Positions 9,109-16,647 of a stretch of DNA of 17,334 nucleotides are shown in pieces. A model generated the notes under the pieces. That model did no database searches. It worked only from the letters and a program-made list of their open reading frames with translations, and had not been told where the DNA came from. The stretch's first letter is position 1. Every line of letters begins with the position of its first letter. Source of the DNA: Armatimonadota bacterium. GTDB taxonomy: Bacteria; Armatimonadota; Zipacnadia; Zipacnadales; UBA5352. The DNA lies in the NCBI GenBank assembly GCA_034722055.1, contig JAYENL010000323.1:1-17334 (forward strand), read 5' to 3'. Position numbers and translations under genes: made by a program.

Positions 9109-10437
9109 ATGCGCGTTGATGACAAGTGGATGTACGGAGTCCTCCGGCGCAGTCACCTGGCCGCGCATGGCTCTGAGGTGGACCTGTCAGAGTACTACGA
9201 GAACTCAGTCGGGACGCCAGCGGTCCGCGCACCGGTGTGGCGCCAATCCTCACTGCAGGACCACATGGCCAAGGCGAAGCGCTTCCTTGGGCGCGAAGAT
9301 GCGGACGCCTTGACGTATGCAGGGGGCCTCCTGATGGGCGTGCTGGACAGGGTCTTCCCGCCATTCGCCCACTCTGGGGGTGCTCGGTGGCCCTTGCCGG
9401 TAACTCTACTGAACTGGCCATACTGTGAGTGGCTTCTCCATGCTGAAACCGACTACGAGCATTACAAGGACCACATCATCCACTCTCTCCGTGTCGCTGC
9501 GATAGGACGATGGCTGATCGGAGAATGCAACTGGGCGAGTCCAGGAAACCCTGGCCAGGGGACACTCGCAGAGGCAATCGCCAAAGCGCCGCAGGTGAAG
9601 GTATTGCTGTCAAAGCTAGGCTTGCAGTTGTCGGCCATCAGTGACCGACTGGTGCTTGCCGCATGGTGGATAGCATCGCTTTTCCACGACATCGGCTACG
9701 GCTTCTACTTGTTCGGGAAGTTAGAGCGCCATATCTGTGAGGCATTCCCGTGGTATGCCGGCGATGCGGCGGCTGGCCTTGTCCGAGGATGTCGCGTCGA
9801 GACCTTACAGAGAAGTCTGTTTCAGTCCTATCTTGAGCACCTGTCCCATGAGGCCCAGCCATGGTCACCACGTCGTCGCGCATGGGAGATCGGCCTATAC
9901 GAGTCTTGCCTCGATGGCCATTCAGCAGCGGGAGCAGTGCTGCTTCTTATGGCGTTAGATGAGACATGGGCGATGACTGGCTATGTCAGGCCGGAACTGG
10001 AGTTGATTCTCCATCTCGCTGCAGAAGCGGCCTTCTATCACGATCTGCTCCCAGTTGGCAAGACGCGTCAAGTTGCCGAGCCCAAATGCGCCGTCGGCTG
10101 GGGGGAAGGAACAACGACTTGCTCCAGAACCTACCGAGCACAGGGTCCGCTGGCTGCCATCCTGGCGCTGTGTGACCGCCTGCAGTGCTGGGGGCGGCTT
10201 TCCTTGAGACCCCGGCCGGGGCCTTACGACGCAGTTCTCGAGCGTGATGTACCTCGGGACAGCGTCGAGCTGGAGTTGCTGGAAGGCGATCCCCCGGCCC
10301 TCAATGTCGAGGCTGCCGCACTCCGGAGCAACACTGATGGGGCAGCTCGCACGGTTGACTTGGCATTCCTCATCGAGAACCGACTGATCCGTCTCGATCC
10401 CGCCCTCCACGTCGAAGAGATCCCCTGTTCTCTATGA
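9109..10437 (+). CDS. HD-domain metal-dependent phosphohydrolase-like protein
   Basis: H...HD...H...H...D pattern: KDHIIHSLRV, SLFHDIGY (H193-D194), DGHSAAGA, AFYHD, LAAILALCDRLQCWGR. ATG immediately follows the ParA-like stop (TGA ATG). Confidence 0.8.
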   Translation: MRVDDKWMYGVLRRSHLAAHGSEVDLSEYYENSVGTPAVRAPVWRQSSLQDHMAKAKRFLGREDADALTYAGGLLMGVLDRVFPPFAHSGGARWPLPVTLLNWPYCEWLLHAETDYEHYKDHIIHSLRVAAIGRWLIGECNWASPGNPGQGTLAEAIAKAPQVKVLLSKLGLQLSAISDRLVLAAWWIASLFHDIGYGFYLFGKLERHICEAFPWYAGDAAAGLVRGCRVETLQRSLFQSYLEHLSHEAQPWSPRRRAWEIGLYESCLDGHSAAGAVLLLMALDETWAMTGYVRPELELILHLAAEAAFYHDLLPVGKTRQVAEPKCAVGWGEGTTTCSRTYRAQGPLAAILALCDRLQCWGRLSLRPRPGPYDAVLERDVPRDSVELELLEGDPPALNVEAAALRSNTDGAARTVDLAFLIENRLIRLDPALHVEEIPCSL

Positions 10438-10477
10438 GACTCTTGCGGAGCGCATGCAGTTCTCTGGGCTCCTGACG

Positions 10478-10940
10478 CGCGATAGGCGCCCCGCAACCGC
10501 CGGAGACCGCTTGGGCGACGAGATCGCCGGGACGAAGCCATAACCGCAAGGCTCTCCCCCCATCCCACATCGAAGCGACGGTCAAGCGCCTCACGGAATA
10601 CTGCGGCATCGACAAGCGCGTTACGCCTCACGTCCTGAGGCACACCGCAGCCACAAGAATGCTCAAGGCCGTGGGTGACGTCCGCCGCGTCCAGGAGTTC
10701 CTCGGCCATGCGGACGTGAGCACCACGCAGGTCTACGCGGAGGTGCTTGCCGAGGACGTGGCCGAGGGGGTTGATGTGGTTGCTGACGTCGAGCCCGTGC
10801 AAGGGAAGGTCAGCGACGCTGAGCAGATCGGAGCAGAACTGCTGGCGGCGCTTCCGCCGGAAGCTCGAGATGCCCCTCCGCGCCTGCTTGGGTCGGATCA
10901 GCAGCAGACCCCTGGCCTGCCTGATGCTGAGACCGAGTAG
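10478..10940 (+). pseudogene. Degraded 3' half of a tyrosine recombinase paralogous to 121-680
   Basis: 10614-10736 encodes the same 41 aa as 390-512 (KRVTPHVLRHTAATRMLKAVGDVRRVQEFLGHADVSTTQVY). Upstream similarity (LGDE at 10511) is in a different frame and followed by TAA at 10541. No 5' half. The 5' boundary is approximate. Confidence 0.85.
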
Positions 10941-11055
10941 GCTCACGACAATGCCTGAGCTGATTGTGAGCTTCGTAGCACCAACTCTGGCGTCGCTGGT
11001 CGAAAACGCGGTCGGAGGACCGGTCGCAAGGGCGGCGAACACGTACCGAGGGCGA

Positions 11056-11394
11056 ATGCGATGCAGGTTGGTGGACGTGCTCAATGCCGAGGGTGACACC
11101 CCGCTGCATGTTGCTGCACGTGAAGGACAGGCTCAGATGGCGCAACTGCTGATTGACCATGGAGCGGATACGTGGCAACTGACCCAGGAAGGCCAGACGC
11201 CGCTGGAGATTGCCGTCGCGATGGGCCGGCCGGAAACCGTGCGAGTTCTGCTTCGCGCGGGGAGCCACGATGGGCTTGTGCACGAGCAGGATACGTACAT
11301 CGTGAGGCTTGCACTCCGCTACGATCGCCCGGAAGTGCTCGACGTGATCGCCGAGGAGCAGCAGCGTTGGGACGACGAGCAGGGGTGCAGATAG
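11056..11394 (+). CDS. Small ankyrin-repeat protein (start uncertain: 10951, 11056 or 11071; could be a fragment)
   Basis: Canonical repeats NAEGDTPLHVAAREGQAQMAQLLIDHGAD and QEGQTPLEIAVAMGRPETVRVLLRAGS, plus a degenerate third (DTYIVRLALRYDRPEVLDVI). Confidence 0.75.
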   Translation: MRCRLVDVLNAEGDTPLHVAAREGQAQMAQLLIDHGADTWQLTQEGQTPLEIAVAMGRPETVRVLLRAGSHDGLVHEQDTYIVRLALRYDRPEVLDVIAEEQQRWDDEQGCR

Positions 11395-11610
11395 CAGCCC
11401 GCTCTGCATTGCAGCGCGCGCCAGACCCAAGGGCTTGTATCGTCGCAGTGTTGCCGGCGGATATGCGCCAGGCGCTCGGGGACTGTGAACAACGCTCGAC
11501 CTGTTGCGGCAACGACTGCGTTTGCGCCTGTTGGCCTCGAGGAGATCATCCCGGAGAGCGCTGCGGTTCCCAGAAAGGGCCAGCTTCCTGGAGGTCCTGG
11601 GCTCAACGTC

Positions 11611-11630
11611 GAAGAATAGTTAATGATAGA
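11611..11630 (+). promoter_or_regulatory. Possible promoter (-10 region) for the DUF499 operon
   Basis: Isolated AT-rich patch GAAGAATAGTTAATGATAGA in GC-rich DNA, ~65-80 nt upstream of the ATG at 11693. No clear -35. Confidence 0.25.
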
Positions 11631-11692
11631 GCAGTTTCCCCACTCGCACTGCCGTGAGACGTGGCCGAGTAGCTCTATGGAGGGCATGGCAG

Positions 11693-14683
11693 ATGCAGCG
11701 TGTATTCGAGACGTGCGTGCCACGAGACGAAGTCCTCTCGGGCAAGCTCACCGATGACATGTTCGCTGCGAAGCTGGGCAGGGTCGTCGATGGCGAAGCC
11801 CCTGATGTGTACCAGGATGCGGATGTCTTCTTCGCGCGGACGTTCCCTACTGAGGGCCTGAAGTCCCTCGTCGCCCAGGTGATGTCGCGGGTAACCGACG
11901 AGGGGTCGGCTGAGGCACCAATCATCCGCCTGGAGACGTCATTCGGTGGCGGGAAGACCCACGGCCTCATCGCGCTCTATCACCTGGCTCGGAGTAACCA
12001 GTCTCTGGGGGAGCTGCCGGAGGACCTGATCGATGCTTCGCTTCTCCCGGAAGAGCAAGTCCCCTTCGCGGCGGTGGTGGGGACCGAGCTTGACCCGGTG
12101 AATGGCATCAAGCACGGGGACGTCACCACCTACACGATGTGGGGCGAGATCGCCTATCAGCTCCGCGGCGCTGAGGGCTATGCGCTCATGGAGAAGAGCG
12201 ACACCGAGGGCACCCGGCCTGGTTCCGGGGTGTGGGAGGAGTTGCTTGGCGACCGGCCGGCCATCATCTGCATCGATGAGATCGCCAACTTCCAGCGCGC
12301 CTTCGGCCGCAAGCACGCCAGCGCTGAGCAGACCGCCGCGTTCCTGCACACTCTCTTCGGAGTCGCATCCTCCTTGCCCCAGGTGTGTGTCGTCTGGACG
12401 CTTGCGACCGCGGGAGATGCCTTTGCTCATGAGAGCGAGCGTTTGGTCGCGGAGCTGGGGGAGCTGGGAAGCATCGGCGCACGCGAGGAGCTCGTCCTGA
12501 CTCCGACCGGGGACACCGAGTATGCTCCGGTCATCAATCATCGCTTGTTCGACGAAATCGACGAAGACGCGGCGCAGGACGTTGCCGACGAGTTCGTGCG
12601 GTTCTACGACGAGCAGGCGTCGCGTGGCGTGGCGCTGCCCTCAGAGGCGACCAGCGCATCGTTCAGAGCCGAGATGCAGCAGTCCTATCCCTTCCACCCA
12701 GCCACCATCGAAGTGCTCAGCCTCAAGACCGCGGCCATTCACAACTTCCAGCGCACGCGGGGCATGCTGCGCCTGCTGGCGCACGTTATCCACAATGTGT
12801 GGACGGAGGAGCCCGACGACGCGTACTTCATCCAGCCCTATCACATTGACGCCAGCGTCGAGGAGATTCGCGACGAGATCACCAGTCGGTTGGATCGGCC
12901 CGAGTACAACACCGTGGTCCAGGCTGACATACAGCGGGGCGACGGGCAGGCCCACGCGCAGCAGCTTGACGAGGAGTGGCGCGAGCGCGACAAGCCCCCT
13001 CTGGCGAAGCGCGTCGCGAACTCCATTCTGCTGCACAGCATCACGATCGGGCAGGCGCGGGGCGCGACCGAGGCCGACATCAACCTCGCCTGCGGCGTTC
13101 CCGGGCTCGACTTCGACTACATCGACCAGGCCCTCAGCGGCCTTTACGATACCTGCTGGTACATCGATCCCGACCGCACGCGCTATCGCTTCCAGACCGA
13201 GCCGCAGATCAATCGGATCATCCACGAGGAGATCCAGAACGTCGAGCGCGTCGCGGCGAAGAACGAACTGCACGACCGCATCCGCAGCGTGTTCTCGGGG
13301 AGGTTCTTCGAGACCGTCTTCTTCGCCGAGGAGCCCAACGACGTCGATGACAACGCGGGCAAGCCGAAGCTGGTCATCCTCGACTTCGACTCCGAGACCA
13401 CCGGCAGCACGCCTGAGGGCCTGCCGACACTCGTCGAGACCATCTACACCCGCACGGGCACACAGGGCAAGTTCCGCACCTACCAGAACAACCTGCTCTT
13501 CCTCGTAGCCGACCAGGCCCAGCGCGAGCCCATGATCGACGTCGCCCGGCGCTATGTCGCCCTCGATCGTTTGACCGGCCCGACCCGGATCGCCGAGTAT
13601 GACGAGCCGCAGCAGGACGTGCTCAAGGAGCGCATGGGCGACGCCGAGCTCGACCTTCGGGTCGCGGTCACGCGGGCCTACCGGCACCTGTTCTATCCCG
13701 AGCGCGGCGATAGCGGCCTCAAGCACCACATGATGGACGTCCAGGAGTCCTCGCAGGCCGACCGCGACGAGGAGAAGGTGCTCGTCGATCTGCTGCATCA
13801 GCTCAGGAAGGTCCTGATCGCTGATGATCAGCCGCTCGGCCCCACCTGGGCGAAGGACCGGGTCTGGCGGGGAGACGAGCAGGAGCTGTCAACAGCCGAG
13901 TACGCGCGCCGCTTCGCAATCAACCGTCAACTGCCCATCGTACTCACCACCGACCAGCACAAGCGCACCATCAAGGCCGGCGCGGAGGATGGCACGTGGG
14001 TCTACTACGATGGGAAGGCCGAGAGGGCCTACCACGAGGACGCGCCTCCGACGGTCAGCATCGATGAGGACCACATGCTCTACACCCCCGAACGCGCTGA
14101 GGAGCTTGGTCTGCTCGAGGAGGAACCGAGCCCTACTGGCGGCCCGGATGAGACCGGGGTGACCATTGGACCGCCGGGTGGCGGGTGGACGGCGCCCACC
14201 GGCGGCACGGGTCTCTTGATCCGTGACCGCATCTCGTGCGAGGGCACGCCCAAGAAGGCCTTCACCGACCTGCGCGACCAGTGCGAGGCCGCCGAGGTCG
14301 GGGGCCTCGGGGCGCTGAAGATCACCGTCGATGCCGTCCAGGAGATGCGCGTGCTGGCGCTGGCGCTGCCACGGCTTGTGGAGCTGCAGATGGACGCCGC
14401 GGTCGATCACGCGCGCTTTCTGGCCGAGTTCGAGGGCGGCGATCTGCAGATGGAGTGCAGGGGCCCCTGGGAGGAGCTGGGTAAGGTCCGGGACTTCATC
14501 GAGCAGTTCTCCAAGCAGGCCGACGAGCACTCGCTGAAGATCACGCTCGATCTCGTCTTCCCCAAGCCCGTCGCGCCGGATGGCGGAGAGCTTCAGCGAA
14601 TGTGCGATGCGTTTGACGACCTGCAGCTCGGGAAGATCGAGATGACCGGCCTGCCTGCGGAGGAGGCGGACGAGGATGGCTGA
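11693..14683 (+). CDS. DUF499-family AAA+ ATPase (restriction-like / BREX-related defence system)
   Basis: GGAGGG RBS at 11679-11684 favours the ATG at 11693. Family-typical N-terminus (PRDEVLSG...FAAKL...Y.DAD.FFARTFPTEGL). Walker A LETSFGGGKTHGLIALYHL, Walker B IICIDEI, and motifs SYPFHP and FQRTRGMLRLLA. Pro/Gly linker before the C-terminal domain. Confidence 0.9.
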   Translation: MQRVFETCVPRDEVLSGKLTDDMFAAKLGRVVDGEAPDVYQDADVFFARTFPTEGLKSLVAQVMSRVTDEGSAEAPIIRLETSFGGGKTHGLIALYHLARSNQSLGELPEDLIDASLLPEEQVPFAAVVGTELDPVNGIKHGDVTTYTMWGEIAYQLRGAEGYALMEKSDTEGTRPGSGVWEELLGDRPAIICIDEIANFQRAFGRKHASAEQTAAFLHTLFGVASSLPQVCVVWTLATAGDAFAHESERLVAELGELGSIGAREELVLTPTGDTEYAPVINHRLFDEIDEDAAQDVADEFVRFYDEQASRGVALPSEATSASFRAEMQQSYPFHPATIEVLSLKTAAIHNFQRTRGMLRLLAHVIHNVWTEEPDDAYFIQPYHIDASVEEIRDEITSRLDRPEYNTVVQADIQRGDGQAHAQQLDEEWRERDKPPLAKRVANSILLHSITIGQARGATEADINLACGVPGLDFDYIDQALSGLYDTCWYIDPDRTRYRFQTEPQINRIIHEEIQNVERVAAKNELHDRIRSVFSGRFFETVFFAEEPNDVDDNAGKPKLVILDFDSETTGSTPEGLPTLVETIYTRTGTQGKFRTYQNNLLFLVADQAQREPMIDVARRYVALDRLTGPTRIAEYDEPQQDVLKERMGDAELDLRVAVTRAYRHLFYPERGDSGLKHHMMDVQESSQADRDEEKVLVDLLHQLRKVLIADDQPLGPTWAKDRVWRGDEQELSTAEYARRFAINRQLPIVLTTDQHKRTIKAGAEDGTWVYYDGKAERAYHEDAPPTVSIDEDHMLYTPERAEELGLLEEEPSPTGGPDETGVTIGPPGGGWTAPTGGTGLLIRDRISCEGTPKKAFTDLRDQCEAAEVGGLGALKITVDAVQEMRVLALALPRLVELQMDAAVDHARFLAEFEGGDLQMECRGPWEELGKVRDFIEQFSKQADEHSLKITLDLVFPKPVAPDGGELQRMCDAFDDLQLGKIEMTGLPAEEADEDG

Positions 14684-15119
14684 TACCTTCGAGCTGCGCG
14701 CCGAGCAGCATCGCAACAACGAGATGAAGCTGACGCTGCTGCAGCGGCCGGCACGCAAGCGTGGCGAACAGCAGCCTGAGCCCGTCGAACTCGTCCGCAT
14801 GTGGGGGCCGCCGCTGCAGCTTGCAGGCGAGGCCATCTCGTCGATCCTGCGCGACGCAGGCGTCTCTCGTGGCGTTACCTCCCTGCGGCCGGGGGATGCC
14901 CTGGACCTGAGTGAGGCGCTGGGGACGCGGCTGGCGGTGCTGATGTTCGCGCTCAAGCCCATGCGCAAGCTCGAGCGCATCCGCACCATCGCCGAGGCCA
15001 TCCTCAATATGAGCCCGGAGGCCACCTGCTACTGGTTGTCGAAGGCCACCAATGGACTTGACTACAATACGCAGCGACGCCACATGCGCGCGCTCCGCAT
15101 CCTGCTCGCCCCGGAATGA
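14676..15119 (+). CDS. Small DUF3780-like accessory protein of DUF499 systems
   Basis: Overlaps the DUF499 stop by 8 nt. C-terminal pattern L.E..G.RLAVL...LKP...MSPEATCYWLSKA...RALRILL, plus size and position, match the small gene that follows DUF499 ATPases. Confidence 0.7.
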   Translation: MADTFELRAEQHRNNEMKLTLLQRPARKRGEQQPEPVELVRMWGPPLQLAGEAISSILRDAGVSRGVTSLRPGDALDLSEALGTRLAVLMFALKPMRKLERIRTIAEAILNMSPEATCYWLSKATNGLDYNTQRRHMRALRILLAPE

Positions 15120-15140
15120 GCCGCACGAGGGAGATCTGTC

Positions 15141-15488
15141 ATGGACCAGAGGACCACCGCGTTGCCTGAGGCGCTTCGGCGGGGGCTGGAGGAGGCCGTG
15201 GAGCGCATCGTTGAGCTGGCCGGGCCCCAGGCCGTCATCCTATTCGGCTCTCGCGCCGAGGGCCGGGCAGGAAGCGAGAGCGATGTCGATCTCCTGGTGG
15301 TGGCGGAGACCGATCAGCCCTTCCATCTGGCCGCGAGGCTCATGCCGCCTGTCCGCGACGCGCTTGCCGGGCACCACGCTGATGTCGTCGTGATTACGCC
15401 GGCCGACTGGGAGCGCCTGCGCCATATCCCGGGCCAGGTGGTGCACGAGGCCGCGCAGTATGGCGTGAGGCTCTATGAGGCAGCCTGA
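15141..15488 (+). CDS. Minimal nucleotidyltransferase (MNT), pair 1
   Basis: VILFGSRAEGRAGSESDVDLLVV (GS-x10-DxD); C-terminal GVRLYE; GGGAG RBS upstream. Confidence 0.9.
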   Translation: MDQRTTALPEALRRGLEEAVERIVELAGPQAVILFGSRAEGRAGSESDVDLLVVAETDQPFHLAARLMPPVRDALAGHHADVVVITPADWERLRHIPGQVVHEAAQYGVRLYEAA

Positions 15489-15882
15489 CGCGGTGGGTCT
15501 GTGGATGCAGCTTGCCGACCGCGACCTCCAGAAGGCCAGGCGCCTCGCGGAGCCACCTCCCTTCCCGGAGGGCGTGTGCTTCTACGCCCAGCAGGCCGCT
15601 GAGAAGGCTCTCAAGGCCTACTGCTGCGCGCTGGGAGCCGAGAGGGTGCCGCGGACTCACGACTTGGTTGACTTGGCGGAGCTGGTCGAGCAGCTTGGTG
15701 GTGAGCCCCCACGGGCTGCACCGCTCGAGTTGCTGAGCCGCTATGCCGTGGCCGCACGCTACGAGGTCCCGATACCCGCGCCGGACGATGCGGAGGAGGC
15801 GCTTCAGATGGCGGCGGACCTTTGCGCGGAATTGCTGGAGCCGCTGACCGGGAATACCAGCAACGAGGACGCTGAGGAGTAG
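15475..15882 (+). CDS. HEPN-domain protein, pair 1
   Basis: W...ADRDL..A, VCFYAQQAAEKALKA, PRTHDL, YAVAARY. Overlaps MNT1 by 14 nt, as is usual for MNT-HEPN pairs. Confidence 0.9.
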   Translation: MRQPDAVGLWMQLADRDLQKARRLAEPPPFPEGVCFYAQQAAEKALKAYCCALGAERVPRTHDLVDLAELVEQLGGEPPRAAPLELLSRYAVAARYEVPIPAPDDAEEALQMAADLCAELLEPLTGNTSNEDAEE

Positions 15883-15886
15883 CGCC

Positions 15887-16279
15887 ATGAGTGAGGCCTC
15901 GCTGGTTGACAGAGGCATGCCCCTCGCCGTCGCGGTTGACCTCCTCAACGCCATCGCGGAGATCGCCGACGACCTCCGCCCGCAGGCCATCGTCCTCTTC
16001 GGCTCCTACGCCACAGGCGAGGCGCGTGAGGACAGCGATCTCGACCTCATGATCATCGCCGAGACGGATGATCGCTGGCGGCTTGCCGGGCGGCTGTATC
16101 GGCACTGGCATGAGTTGCGCGGCCGGCTCGAACACCTGCCGCCTGCCGACATTCTCGTCTATAGCCCGGCACAGTTTGCCGAAGCGCAGGTCGTCGGCTT
16201 CCCCGCCTGGCAGGCCGCCCGAGAGGGGGTTGTAGTCTATGGGCGACTGCCCGAGCCCAGCGGGACCGTGGCTGGATAA
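15887..16279 (+). CDS. Minimal nucleotidyltransferase (MNT), pair 2
   Basis: IVLFGSYATGEAREDSDLDLMII, DILVYSP, EGVVVYG; GAGGAG RBS upstream. Confidence 0.9.
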   Translation: MSEASLVDRGMPLAVAVDLLNAIAEIADDLRPQAIVLFGSYATGEAREDSDLDLMIIAETDDRWRLAGRLYRHWHELRGRLEHLPPADILVYSPAQFAEAQVVGFPAWQAAREGVVVYGRLPEPSGTVAG

Positions 16280-16646
16280 GGCGCGGCAGGACCTCGCCGC
16301 CGCTGAGCGCATGCTGACAGAGCCGGCGCTGCCCGCGCCCGCCTGCTTTCACGCCCAGCAGGCCGCCGAGAAGGCGCTCAAAGCCGTCGCGGCGCATGCG
16401 GGGGCGCAGGACATCCCTCGCGTCCACAGTCTGCTGGAGATCGCCGCCATCGTCCAGAGCCTCAACCAGGACGTGCCCTTCGCCGCCGACGAGCTGGCAT
16501 CGCTCGATCCCTTCGCCGTACAGGTACGCTATCCGGACCTGCCGGAGCCGGGCGCGGAAATCGCCAGACAGGCCGTCGAGACCGCTCAGGCCGTGTGCCT
16601 GTGGGCCGCAGAGACCATCAGCCACACAGAAGTTGAGGAGGAGTAG
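16239..16646 (+). CDS. HEPN-domain protein, pair 2
   Basis: WLDKARQDL..A, ACFHAQQAAEKALKA, PRVHSL, FAVQVRYP. Overlaps MNT2 by 41 nt. Confidence 0.9.
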   Translation: MGDCPSPAGPWLDKARQDLAAAERMLTEPALPAPACFHAQQAAEKALKAVAAHAGAQDIPRVHSLLEIAAIVQSLNQDVPFAADELASLDPFAVQVRYPDLPEPGAEIARQAVETAQAVCLWAAETISHTEVEEE

Positions 16647-16647
16647 C

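Noticed and set aside
10747..11394. 215-aa ankyrin ORF starting at 10747
   Set aside because: Its first ~65 codons overlap the integrase remnant in another frame; the real start is probably at 10951 or later.
12641..15025. Long minus-strand ORFs (385 aa, 378 aa) and similar ones such as 15-650, 10224-11099 and 16053-16739
   Set aside because: Antisense shadows of well-supported GC-rich plus-strand genes, with no recognisable motifs of their own.
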